A stretch of DNA of 64,000 nt from Entomortierella parvispora E1425. Taxonomy: Eukaryota > Fungi > Mortierellomycota. The stretch covers positions 930,001-994,000 of the forward strand of contig BQFW01000004.1 of the NCBI GenBank assembly GCA_020891255.1, read 5' to 3'. Of the stretch, positions 12,213 to 23,700 are shown one piece after another (the first letter of the stretch is position 1; each line of letters opens with the position of its first letter). The translations under genes were made by a program, and so were the position numbers. The notes under the pieces are model-generated. The model made no database searches and had not been told where the DNA came from. It saw only the letters and a list, made by a program, of their open reading frames with translations.

Positions 12213-13909
12213 TTGCTAACACCTATCTGTTCTTCCTCCTTTCTGGCATCTTCTCTCTAGATCTCTCCTCTATTCTTCCGACATCGCATTCGACCTTTTC
12301 TGCACCCTAAAAAAAGAGTGTAAGTGATCGTCCGCCTTTCAGCTGGATTGCACGTTGCTTTTCTGGCTGTCCGGCCTTCTTTTTGCTACTTCTTTGCTCT
12401 TGTCCCCATCCCTCCCTCTCTTTCACAGCCTTGGCCCGTCCCTTGCGGATCTTGCTCAGTGATGACCAAAGAGATTTTATTGCTTCTTTTCTTCTTTTTG
12501 CTGCATTTTTGTCCTATATCTTGCATGGACTTGACCACTTTGTCGTCTTTTTTTACCTGTTCCCCCTTATCCACCCCTCTTGATGAGGATAGATGAGGGA
12601 CAAGCCTTTACCTTTCTTCAGTGATCAAATGTCTCTTGACAAGGCTTAAGGGAGGGGAGAGGGGGGAAGGGTGGTCCATGTGGATCTTGATGCTGAGGAC
12701 GGTTGGATCCACCACCATTCATATCTTTTTTGAGTGATTTGTCATGGCGGGTGCTTCGGAAGAGGGGTAAAATAATCATCGGTCAAAGGACCCAAGCCCC
12801 GGCTTGTTGACAACAGACCCGCCACTTGGCTGAGCATTCAAAAAAAAAAAAAAAAAAAGAAGCCCAAGGAAGAGGGGAAGAGACCATGGAGATTGCGTGT
12901 GGGGTGTTTTTGATGGGAATACGAGTCCTTTGAGAAAGCTGGAAATGGAGAGTCTGAAGAGGAGTTGGGCTCTCTGCTGTTGAGAACCTTTTGCTCTCGA
13001 GAGTGGCAGCAGCAATAACAGAATAACAGCATACAGCAATGTCCACCAGCAGCAACAGTTGCAGTGGCAGCAAAAAGGAAAAAAAAAAGAACGCAACCCG
13101 ACCGACTGCCGTTGAGTTGGGTGATCCAGACGCCATGGCGGGGATGTCTGGGCAGGCGCCCTTTCCACTGGCCATGCAAGGGTAGTCATCCCATCCGAGG
13201 GTGGCTAGTTCCACAGGCGACGGAGAAAGAGAGAACGAGGGCGAGGGAGAGAACACAATATCTGTAAAAGAGTCGTGTGGGCCAGGACCATCCATGGCTG
13301 TGTTGAAGTGGTCGCTGTTAATGTTGGTGTGTTGCCCCTGTTGCTCGTGCTCGGTGGTGCTGCAAGACGGTCCGTCCATCCATGGTCTCGTCTGTTCATC
13401 TGTGTGGATGACTGTCAGTCATCCAGGGTGCAGCTGCACCTCTGCCTTTCTTTCTCTGTCGGGTGGTTGGAGGAGTGGCTTTGGTCTTGGGATCTACAAA
13501 CCCTGTGGGCAGATGAGAGGAACAGAACAACAACAACAACACCCACACAATCGTCATCACCTTCACCACTATCATCATCATCATCATCATTGCCCATCAT
13601 CGTTCCTCGGACTTGTCCTGCTAGTCCAAGTGGGCACAGACGATAACACAAATTAAAAAGAGTGGTCGTAGCGGCATGGATCTCTTTCCTCGTTGGACGT
13701 GGATGTGACCAGTAGTGCCCGGGTGTGGCCAGAGTTCCTTGGCGCGACCATTCTACTCCTCCCTCCCCCTTGTGCCCTTCCTTGAATGGACCTCCGTGGG
13801 CAAGTCGGACACATATCTCGCTCACTATCGGTCTATTGACTTTGCTGACCCCTTTTTTTCCTTCATCCGTCTCCATAGTTTCCTTCACCAGCGCGCCCGC
13901 CCCCTCGCC

Positions 13910-16900
13910 ATGCAGTCAGATCAGGTCTACCAGCTGCCGATCAGCAATATTGCCTACCATGTATACAATCCCGAGGACGATCTCGAGCGCATGCAGGCCA
14001 TCTCAAGACGGGCCATGCAGCGCACTCTGGACTCTTACCACGAGCACGAGCACCTTGCAGATCTCTTCCAGGTCGAGCTCGAGAAGCGAGAGCAGCAGAT
14101 CCAAGAGCGCAAGAGACTAGACCAGCTACGCAAGCGGGAGCTCAAAGCCAGATCCAAGAAGACCACTGTTCCTACAGCAGCCACCCCACCCGCGCCTCAA
14201 GCTGCCCGTCGCCACCATCTAAGAAACTCGAGCTCCAATAGCAGCATGCAGGCTGCCAAGGCTGCCACGTTGACGGACTCTCAAGGACGCCGTGACTCGC
14301 CGTCTGACCAGAAGCGGCGGCGGCGGCTGTCTGACCTCAGCACCAGTGATATCAGTGGCTGTGGCGAAGACGAGTGGCGGTCTCGACTCGTGCCTTCACA
14401 ATCAGATCACCTTCAGTCCTCATCGGGAAGACAGCGATCAGCATCGAGCTCACCAGCAGCATTCTCACCATCTTCAAGACAATCACCCTTCGAATCAAGT
14501 CGGAATGGCAAAAGTGCGATTCTGATCAAGAACGAAGGCGAGTCGTCTCTAGTCCCCGCCCCTTTCTCTTCGGAAGCGACAGCAGCAGGATCCCCGGACA
14601 CACTCGCATCGCCCTCGTTAGCACAGCCTTCTGGACAAACAGCAGGGAGTGGGCGCAGGAAACGAAAGCAGGCCATTCCTGTCCACCCTTCAATTGTCGC
14701 CCGTATCCCTGGCATCACTCTCCGCATGCAACGGGAGCACCAAGGGGATCAGATGCAGGTCGAGATTCTCAAGGACCTAAGCGACTACAGCACCACCCAA
14801 GAAACACAGGCTGGCGATGGTCCTCACAGTGGGAGCAACATTGAAAGCAGTGGTCAGAGCCCCGACTGGAACCTCCAGGCGAAACAGGATATTCGCAAGG
14901 TCAAGGAATCCATCGACTCTGCTCGCTTTGGATACGCCTCCTATGCCCCGCCCTCCGCCTCCTCGCACCCTCTGCCCACCTCGTCAGCAGTAATGGCTCC
15001 ATCGACCACGGGACCCCAGTTCCCTCAACATCCGTTCGTCACACAGTCGCCGTCAAACATGTCGTCATCAACCTTTGACCTTCGGGAATTGGACCTGAAT
15101 CAGTCCAGGCGTAGGAGTTTCGACCGGGACCGGGACCGACACCTGTCAAACTCCACTGACAGTCTTGCCTGGACCGGCTCAAATGCCAACTCAACAGGCT
15201 CCCTGAACGCACTAGTGGATCCACGGGTACTACCCCTTACCTGGGAAAACTTTTCCACGCGGGAATGTACCGTCAACAAAGTGGTGGGAAAGCACAATCA
15301 GGAACTTGAGGACCTGGAGGAAGCAGTTCAGGAGACGATTTCGAGGCAGTACTATACCCAATCAAGCGATCTGCCCCGCCCTCACCGCCTCCAGCCTGAA
15401 CGCGAGAATAGATCCCTTCGACGAGCTGATGCCACCATGCCAAGTGACTCAAAGACTGGTTCCTCCCCTAGCGGCGCACGAGCCTCCAATTCTGCCGCAA
15501 CTTCTCCAACAAACAACAATGGCAATGGTAGTGACAACAAACGCACCGCCCCAACCCGCGCTACTCGCAGTCGTACACATATTGCTGCAGACGAAAGAGA
15601 TCGAGGTCGTGCAACGACCAGATTGGTGGCGCATGACGACATTGAGCTTATCCTCAAGAAGAAGAGACAGGAAAAGATGGAGGAGCGGCGAAGACAGTCC
15701 AGCAAGGAGATGTCCAACGATCTGGATGATGACAGCCATGCAGGACACAGAAGCCGCTCCAGGAGATCGAGCACGAGCTCTAGTAGTGCACCAACACCGT
15801 CCAGGTCTGAAGCGTCTGGCGTCGATGTCGACATGGAGCCACGGTCGGGACTGAGGAGACGTGAGAAACGTTCATCGAGTCACCAAGACGACGACGAGCT
15901 GGAGAATGAACGAAACGATCGAGACATTGACATGGACGGCGACGTATTGATGAGAAGTAGCAAGCGGTCATCGAATACAGCCGAGGATGCTGGAGCCGCT
16001 TATTCAACTCGATCTTTCAAAGGAAACCAGTCTGCCACCAAATCGCCCTTCAAAGTGCCAGCCCTTCCGACATCCACGACGCACCTCCCCATTGCCAGCA
16101 ATACGCAGAGAAAGTCGGTGCAATCTCGGGAAGACAATACTACCATGGACTCTAGCACTGCTACCTCAAGCGATGAACACGATGACGCCGATGACGATGA
16201 CTACCGAGCGACCTACAGAAGTAACCCTCGAAAACAGCGCCGCTCTGTTCCACTCGCAGCAACCAAGCCAACGGCCAAGCAAGGCAAATCCATCTCTCCA
16301 AAGTCAGCAAAGACCCGCGATGTTCTGGATCATCGAACTCTGGCACACCAGCCCTCAAGGCTCTCCACCTTGCCAATGATTCAGCCTTCTCCTCCATCCA
16401 CCCGACATTTGCCTGTCTCACCATCACCGTCGCCCTCTCCGTTGCCACTCTCTCCCAAAAAGCAAAGTCTTGCAGTGACATCGCTAAGCAGCCCGGCATT
16501 GAACAAGGGCAAGGCAGCAGAGCATGTGAGGAGGACTAAAAAGTCGTGGAATCATAGAGGACGCAACACTCGAAAGGAGGATGAAGTTGTGGACACCACC
16601 AGCGACGATAGTGAGGATGAGAATAAGGCTGAGCGTTTGCAAGCCAGGCGGAGAAGCAGTTCTAGCGTGGGTCTGGAGGACAGGAACGCCGCTGATTCGG
16701 GTCCTGTTGTACCTCATATCCAAACGACTCGAACACCAGGAACAGGCATGTCGTCAGAGTCGACTGAAGCAAAAAAGGAAAGGAATGCCGTAGAATCGGT
16801 ATCGACACCCATCTCTGCCCCAGTCGCCAGCGACACAGCAGAGTCGGGGGGTCGGACCAGGGCGCGGGCACGGTCATTCTCGAGCAGTATGATCAAGCCC

Positions 16901-17536
16901 AGCGACAAGACCAACTTTTTTGAATCGGCTCTGGAGGTGATTGAACAAAAGCGTCGCGAGACGTTGGCCAAGAGGAAAGCGGCGGCGGCGCACCTGGCAG
17001 AAGTGGCCGAGGAGGAGGAAGCCGAAAAGAAGAGAAAGGAGGAGACCTTGGCATTGGAAAAGATATCGAGAGCTGAAAAGTCAGAGGCCAGCAACTTGCC
17101 AAAGTCGTCCAAATCCTTGCCAGGCAGGGTGTTGAGAAGATCTCATCATCACCCTCTTGGCGTGAATGTGGGCGGTGAAGGTGGCGCCGGGTTGGAGATG
17201 GAGGAAGATCCCGACTGCACTTCTTGCCGCATGGAACTATCGAGCGCAGAGAAGGCCGCCTGGCGCACCTCATTGCCAACATCGACCCCTACCTCCTCCA
17301 GTGGGCAAGAATCAGACAAGTCGTTACCCACCTCACCCGTTTTACGGATTCAGTTGCCAAAGACCTGGGGATCACATGCGATTTTGTGCAGTACCTGTCG
17401 TGCCCAGTACCTGGAGCATCACATGCGATGTACCGCGTGCTTTTACGTACCTTCTCAGGAAGAACTGGCCAGCTCACCCTCCAACTGCAGTCGATGCAAG
17501 GCTGGCACTTGGTTGCGGGAGGTCTCTCTAGCTTAG
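13910..17536 (+). CDS. Large intronless, S/R-rich disordered protein (about 1,208 aa) with a C-terminal cluster of four CxxC pairs; putative Zn-binding nuclear protein
   Basis: Uninterrupted 3.6-kb ORF, likely starting at MQSDQVYQLP. N-terminal coiled-coil-like segment and basic NLS-like tracts (GRRKRKQ, KKKRQEK). C-terminal CTSC...CSTC...CTAC...CSRC. Confidence 0.8.
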   Translation: MQSDQVYQLPISNIAYHVYNPEDDLERMQAISRRAMQRTLDSYHEHEHLADLFQVELEKREQQIQERKRLDQLRKRELKARSKKTTVPTAATPPAPQAARRHHLRNSSSNSSMQAAKAATLTDSQGRRDSPSDQKRRRRLSDLSTSDISGCGEDEWRSRLVPSQSDHLQSSSGRQRSASSSPAAFSPSSRQSPFESSRNGKSAILIKNEGESSLVPAPFSSEATAAGSPDTLASPSLAQPSGQTAGSGRRKRKQAIPVHPSIVARIPGITLRMQREHQGDQMQVEILKDLSDYSTTQETQAGDGPHSGSNIESSGQSPDWNLQAKQDIRKVKESIDSARFGYASYAPPSASSHPLPTSSAVMAPSTTGPQFPQHPFVTQSPSNMSSSTFDLRELDLNQSRRRSFDRDRDRHLSNSTDSLAWTGSNANSTGSLNALVDPRVLPLTWENFSTRECTVNKVVGKHNQELEDLEEAVQETISRQYYTQSSDLPRPHRLQPERENRSLRRADATMPSDSKTGSSPSGARASNSAATSPTNNNGNGSDNKRTAPTRATRSRTHIAADERDRGRATTRLVAHDDIELILKKKRQEKMEERRRQSSKEMSNDLDDDSHAGHRSRSRRSSTSSSSAPTPSRSEASGVDVDMEPRSGLRRREKRSSSHQDDDELENERNDRDIDMDGDVLMRSSKRSSNTAEDAGAAYSTRSFKGNQSATKSPFKVPALPTSTTHLPIASNTQRKSVQSREDNTTMDSSTATSSDEHDDADDDDYRATYRSNPRKQRRSVPLAATKPTAKQGKSISPKSAKTRDVLDHRTLAHQPSRLSTLPMIQPSPPSTRHLPVSPSPSPSPLPLSPKKQSLAVTSLSSPALNKGKAAEHVRRTKKSWNHRGRNTRKEDEVVDTTSDDSEDENKAERLQARRRSSSSVGLEDRNAADSGPVVPHIQTTRTPGTGMSSESTEAKKERNAVESVSTPISAPVASDTAESGGRTRARARSFSSSMIKPSDKTNFFESALEVIEQKRRETLAKRKAAAAHLAEVAEEEEAEKKRKEETLALEKISRAEKSEASNLPKSSKSLPGRVLRRSHHHPLGVNVGGEGGAGLEMEEDPDCTSCRMELSSAEKAAWRTSLPTSTPTSSSGQESDKSLPTSPVLRIQLPKTWGSHAILCSTCRAQYLEHHMRCTACFYVPSQEELASSPSNCSRCKAGTWLREVSLA

Positions 17537-17761
17537 TCTTTTGTCCAGATAAATAATAAAGAACCAGAGAGTTTTGCCACCAAAAACTCGCGTCACGTCC
17601 GCGGGATGGCTGTGCGTTTTGATTGGTGGCGCTGTGCCACCAACCCTTCAAACACAAGTAGATATTTTTTTGTGGTTTTTTTTTATTTTATTTTTTATGG
17701 ACAGTGCTCGAGTCCTACTGTAGCAACCCTGCTTTCCAATACGATATTCTTAAGAGTTCTT

Positions 17762-20700
17762 TTACAACTGGCTCAAACGTTCCTGGGACAACTCCTCGGG
17801 CAACTTCTCTCCAAAGTGAGAGTACAACTTCTTGGCAAACAAGGCGACAATCTCGGGCAGTCGCATGTTATCGATGGGCATGGCCTCCTGAGCCTTGCCC
17901 TCAGTCTCGCTGCGGGCGTGCTCCATCAAGGCCTGACCGGACTGGTCATCCAGACGCATGAAGCCTTCCAGCTCGTGGGGGGCGTTCTGCCATCCTCCGA
18001 CGTGCAGAGACACCCAGGCGCGGGGGCGCTGGACTTGGCGGGGCAGCAGATCAATGGGCAGCTCGCGGTAGGTCTGAGCGGTGCCAGAGCGGTAATCAAT
18101 CACACCATCGGGGGCTCCAGTATCCACATTCATTCCAACTTCTCCTAACTCGGGCAAGCTTGCGACTGATGATAAAAAGATAAAAAAAATAATGACCATA
18201 TCAGTAAAGCTGAAAAAAAAGTGACGATGTCCAACAACAATAATGGGATATTCAATAAAATCCTTACAGAAAGTAGACTTCTCTTTCTCGACATCGGTGC
18301 TCGAAGAGCTTGCACCGCCAGAGCGACGTCTGGCAGCTTCGGCCTCGGCGTGGGCGATAGCCTCAAACTGAGCCTGGGACAGGGTCGAAGAGATAACAGC
18401 ACCAGTGGGAGCTCCAGCAGCACGTTCTTGAGTCACAGTCTGCTCCGTCGATGAACGAACAACAGTGTCATCATGGGACGACGTCACAGACTGCTCAGTC
18501 AACACAACCTTGTCGGCTTCAATCACCTGGCGTTCACGGGCCACGATCGTCTTTTCCTCATAATCCTCAACGACCTCCTCAATCTCCTCGGTCTCCTCGA
18601 AGGTCTCATAAGTCTTGACCTCATACGACCAAGCATCTAGAAACAAATAAATTTACAAAAAATGAGTAACCGAATCATAGAAACTCATCACACCACCCTG
18701 GCTAAATATGCTTACCATTGACGGCGGTCTCGCGCTCAGTCCACCGCACTCCAAACTTGTCATGGTAAGTGACCTGGAAAGCAGTCTTGGCCTCCTCGAT
18801 GGTCTTGTGGGGTCCCTCAAGCTTGTAGTCAGTCTCGCCCCAGCGGACGTAGACATAGTAAACGCTCTCGGTGCTGTTGTACAACAACTGGGTAATGTAG
18901 GTAACGCCAGTCGACTTCTCGGTCAGGACGGCATCATACACCTCGTCGTCGTAGTAGACATAGGAGGTCTTGGCAATGGGGCAGACCTTGTCGACGTGAG
19001 CCTTGCGGGTGGTAAGCACCTGGACAGTGCGCTTCCAGACGCCATCGACCTGAGTCAAGGCACCAGAGGCAGCAGCACCAGCACCAGAAGCCAGGCGACG
19101 GAACCATGAGGACTTCTTGGAAACAGCAGGCACGGCAACAACTCCAGTCTCATGGGTGGTGACGACCTCCTTGATGACCTCAACACCTTCAGTAACAACG
19201 GCCTCCTCCTTAACATGCTCCACAACAACCTCACCTTCCTGAGTAGTCGTGGTCGTATAGGTCGTGGTAGTAGAGCCAGCAAGACCATCAACTCCTGAAA
19301 CAGTAGACTGCTCCCGGCTCACAATGGTGGAGACCTCCTTCTCGTCAACGACCTCTTCAATCTCTTCAGTCTCCTCGAAGGTCTCATAAGTCTTCGCCTC
19401 GTATGACCAGGTATCTAGAAACAAATGAATTTACAAAATATTAGTAACCGAATAATTGTAACCCATCACACCGTGCTGCTGACTACGCTTACCATTGACG
19501 GCGGTCTCGCGCTCAGTCCACTGCACTCCAAACTTGTCTTGGTAGGTAACCTGGAAAGCAGACTTGGCGGCCTCAATAGTCCTGTGGGGTCCCTCGAGCT
19601 TGTAATCAGTCTCACCCCAGCGGATGTAGACGTAATACACGCTCTCAGAGGTGTTGTACAACAACTGGGTGATATAGGTGACACCAGTCGACTTTTCGGT
19701 CAACACGGCATCATACACCTCATCATCATAGTAGACATAGGAAGTCTTGGCAATAGGGCAGATCTTATCGACATGGGCCTTGCGGGTGGTAAGGACCTGG
19801 ACAGTACGCTTCCAGACGCCATCGACCTGAGTCAATGCACCCGAAGCAGCAGCACCAGCACCAGAGGCAATGCGACGGAACCAGGAAGATCCCTTGGAAA
19901 CAGCAGGTTGAGCAATCACTCCCTTTCCAGTTGTGATGACAGTGACCTCAATAGGCTGTTCCTCAGTGATGGAGGTCTTTTCAACGATATGCTCAACGGT
20001 AGTTTCGACATTGACAACATCCTCTTCAGTCGTCGAGATCACAACCTCCTTTGACTTAACCTGATCATCAACAACAATGGCCTTCCCTTGAACCTCTTCC
20101 ACAACAACATCGTCCTTGACTGTTACTTCAACCGAGGCATGCTCAACGGTGGATTGGTCAACCACCGGTGTGGCGTCACGATGGGTGATAGTTTCGACTT
20201 CAACAGCGTCAACAACCTCCTCCATCTCCTCAGTCTCATCAAAAGCTTCATAAGTCTTAACTTCATAGCTCCAAGAATCTATAGACAATAAATAGTAAAT
20301 TAGAAACTTGACCTCGATTGCAAGACAGTATTAATATAAAAGGCAATCAAACTAAATCATACCGCTGACGGCAGTCTCGCGCTCAGTCCACTGGACACCG
20401 AACTTGTCATGGTAAGTAACTTGGAAAGCGGATTTGGCCTCCTCGATGGTCTTGTGGGGTCCCTCAAGCTTGTAGTCAGTCTCGCCCCAGCGGACGTAGA
20501 CGTAGTAAACGCTCTCGGTGCTGTTGTACAACAACTGGGTAATATAGGTAACGCCAGTCGACTTCTCGGTCAGGACGGCATCATACACCTCGTCGTCGTA
20601 GTAGACATAGGAGGTCTTGGCAATGGGGCAGACCTTGTCAACATGGGCCTTGCGGATGGTAAGGACCTGGACAGTGCGCTTCCAGACGCCATCGACCTGA

Positions 20701-23700
20701 GTCAAGGCACCAACAGCAGCAACTCCAGCACCAGTGGCAAGACGACGGAACCAGGAAGATCCCTTGGAAACGGCAGGCTTGGCAACGACACCAGTCTCCT
20801 TGGTAATGACGGTCTCCTTGGCACCCTCCTCGACGATGACATCCTCCTTGGTGGTGTGCTCGAGAACAACCTCCTCGGTGGTGGTAGTGGTAGAGGTGTG
20901 CTTCTCGACCTCAACCTGATCATCCTTCTTCTCAACAATCTCCTCGCGGGTAACCTCGGTGGTGATGGCAGTCTCGTCGACAACCTCTTCAATCTCCTCG
21001 GTCTCCTCGAAGGTCTCGTAGGTCTTCACTTCATAGGTGAAGGAATCGTTGACGGCAGTCTCGCGCTCAGTCCACTCAACTCCGAACTTGTCATGGTAAG
21101 TAACCTGGAAAGCAGTCTTGGCCTCCTCAATGGTCTTGTGAGGTCCCTCGAGCTTGTAGTCAGTCTCGCCCCAGCGGACGTAGACGTAGTAAACGCTCTC
21201 GGTGCTGTTGTACAACAACTGGGTAATGTAGGTAACGCCAGTCGACTTCTCGGTCAGGACGGCATCATACACCTCGTCGTCGTAGTAGACATAGGAGGTC
21301 TTGGCAATGGGGCAGACCTTGTCAACATGGGCCTTGCGGGTGGTAAGGACCTGGACAGTGCGCTTCCAGACGCCATCGACCTGAGTCAAGGCACCAACAG
21401 CAGCAACACCAGCACCAGTGGCAAGGCGACGGAACCAGGAAGATCCCTTGGAAACGGCAGGCTTGGCAACGACACCAGTCTCCTTGGTAATGACGGTCTC
21501 CTTGGCACCCTCCTCGACGATGACATCCTCCTTGGTGGTATGCTCGAGAACAACCTCCTCGGTGGTGGTGGCAGTGGAGGTGTGCTTCTCGACCTCGACC
21601 TGCTCGTCCTTCTTCTCAACAATCTCCTCGCGGGCAACCTCGGTGGTGATGGCAGTCTCATCGACGACCTCTTCAATCTCCTCGGTCTCCTCGAAGGTCT
21701 CGTAAGTCTTGACCTCATAGGTGAAGGAATCTAGTTATAAAAAGAGAAATTAATAAGGAGAATCCATGGCAAGCAGTCGATTTGAGTGCTCGTCTGTATT
21801 GTTCTTACCATTGACAGCAGTCTCGCGCTCAGTCCACTGGACACCAAACTTGTCGTGGTAAGTGACCTGGAAAGCAGACTTGGCCTCCTCGATGGTCTTG
21901 TGGGGTCCCTCGAGCTTGTAGTCAGTCTCGCCCCAGCGGACGTAGACGTAGTAAACGCTCTCGGTGCTGTTGTACAACAACTGGGTAATGTAGGTAACGC
22001 CAGTCGACTTCTCAGTCAAAACAGCATCGTACACCTCATCGTCGTAGTAGACATAGGAGGTCTTGGCAATGGGGCAGACCTTGTCAACATGGGCCTTGCG
22101 GGTGGTAAGGACCTGGACAGTGCGCTTCCAGACGCCATCGACCTGAGTCAAGGCACCAGCAGCAGCAACACCAGCACCAGTGGCAAGGCGACGGAACCAG
22201 GAAGATCCCTTGGAAACGGCAGGCTTGGCAACGACACCAGTCTCCTTGGTAATGACGGTCTCCTTGGCACCCTCCTCGACGATGACATTCTCCTTGGTGG
22301 TGTGCTCGAGAACGACCTCCTCGGTGGTGGTAGTGGTAGAGGTGTGCTTCTCGACCTCAACCTGATCATCCTTCTTCTCAACAATCTCCTCGCGGGCAAC
22401 CTCGGTGGTGATGGCAGTCTCGTCGACAACCTCTTCAATCTCCTCGGTCTCCTCGAAGGTCTCGTAAGTCTTGACCTCATAGGTGAAGGAATCTAGTTAT
22501 AAGAAGAGAAATTAATAAGGAGAAATCATGGCAAGCAGTCGATTTGAGTGCTCGTCTGTATTGTTCTTACCATTGACAGCAGTCTCGCGCTCAGTCCACT
22601 GGACACCAAAATTGTCGTGGTAAGTAACTTGGAAAGCAGTCTTGGCCTCCTCAATGGTCTTGTGGGGTCCCTCGAGCTTGTAGTCAGTCTCGCCCCAGCG
22701 GACGTAGACGTAGTAAACGCTCTCGGTGCTGTTGTACAACAACTGGGTAATGTAGGTAACGCCAGTCGACTTCTCGGTCAGGACGGCATCGTACACCTCG
22801 TCGTCGTAGTAGACATAGGAGGTCTTGGCAATGGGGCAGACCTTGTCAACATGGGCCTTGCGGGTGGTAAGGACCTGGACAGTGCGCTTCCAGACGCCAT
22901 CGACCTGAGTCAAGGCACCAGCAGCAGCAACACCAGCACCAGTGGCAAGGCGACGGAACCAGGAAGATCCCTTGGAAACGGCAGGCTTGGCAACGACACC
23001 AGTCTCCTTGGTAATGACGGTCTCCTTGGCACCCTCCTCGACGATGACATCCTCCTTGGTGGTATGCTCGAGAACAACCTCCTCGGTGGCGGTGGCAGTG
23101 GAGGTGTGCTTCTCGACCTCAACCTGATCATCCTTCTTCTCAACAGTCTCCTCACGGACAACCTCGGTGGTGATGGCAGTCTCATCCACGATCTCCTCAA
23201 TTTCCTCAGTCTCCTCGAAGGTCTCGTAAGTCTTGACCTCATAAGTGAAGGAATCTAGTTATAAAAAGAGAAATTAATAAGGACAATCCATGGCAAGCAG
23301 GCCGATTTGAGTGTTCGTCTGTATTGCTCTTACCATTGACAGCAGTCTCGCGCTCAGTCCACTCAACTCCGAACTTGTCATGGTAAGTAACCTGGAAAGC
23401 AGACTTGGCCTCCTCAATGGTCTTGTGGGGTCCCTCGAGCTTGTAGTCAGTCTCGCCCCAGCGGACGTAGACGTAGTAAACGCTCTCGGTGCTGTTGTAC
23501 AACAACTGGGTAATGTAGGTAACGCCAGTCGACTTCTCGGTCAAGACGGCATCATACACCTCGTCGTCGTAGTAGACATAGGAGGTCTTGGCAATGGGGC
23601 AGACCTTGTCAACATGGGCCTTGCGGATGGTAAGGACCTGGACAGTGCGCTTCCAGACGCCATCGACCTGAGTCAAGGCACCAGCAGCAGCAACTCCAGC

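Noticed and set aside
13715-13909. Upstream ATG extending the 13910 gene to 1,273 aa
   Set aside because: The extra 65 codons are pyrimidine-rich and UTR-like. The ATG at 13910 precedes the protein-like sequence.
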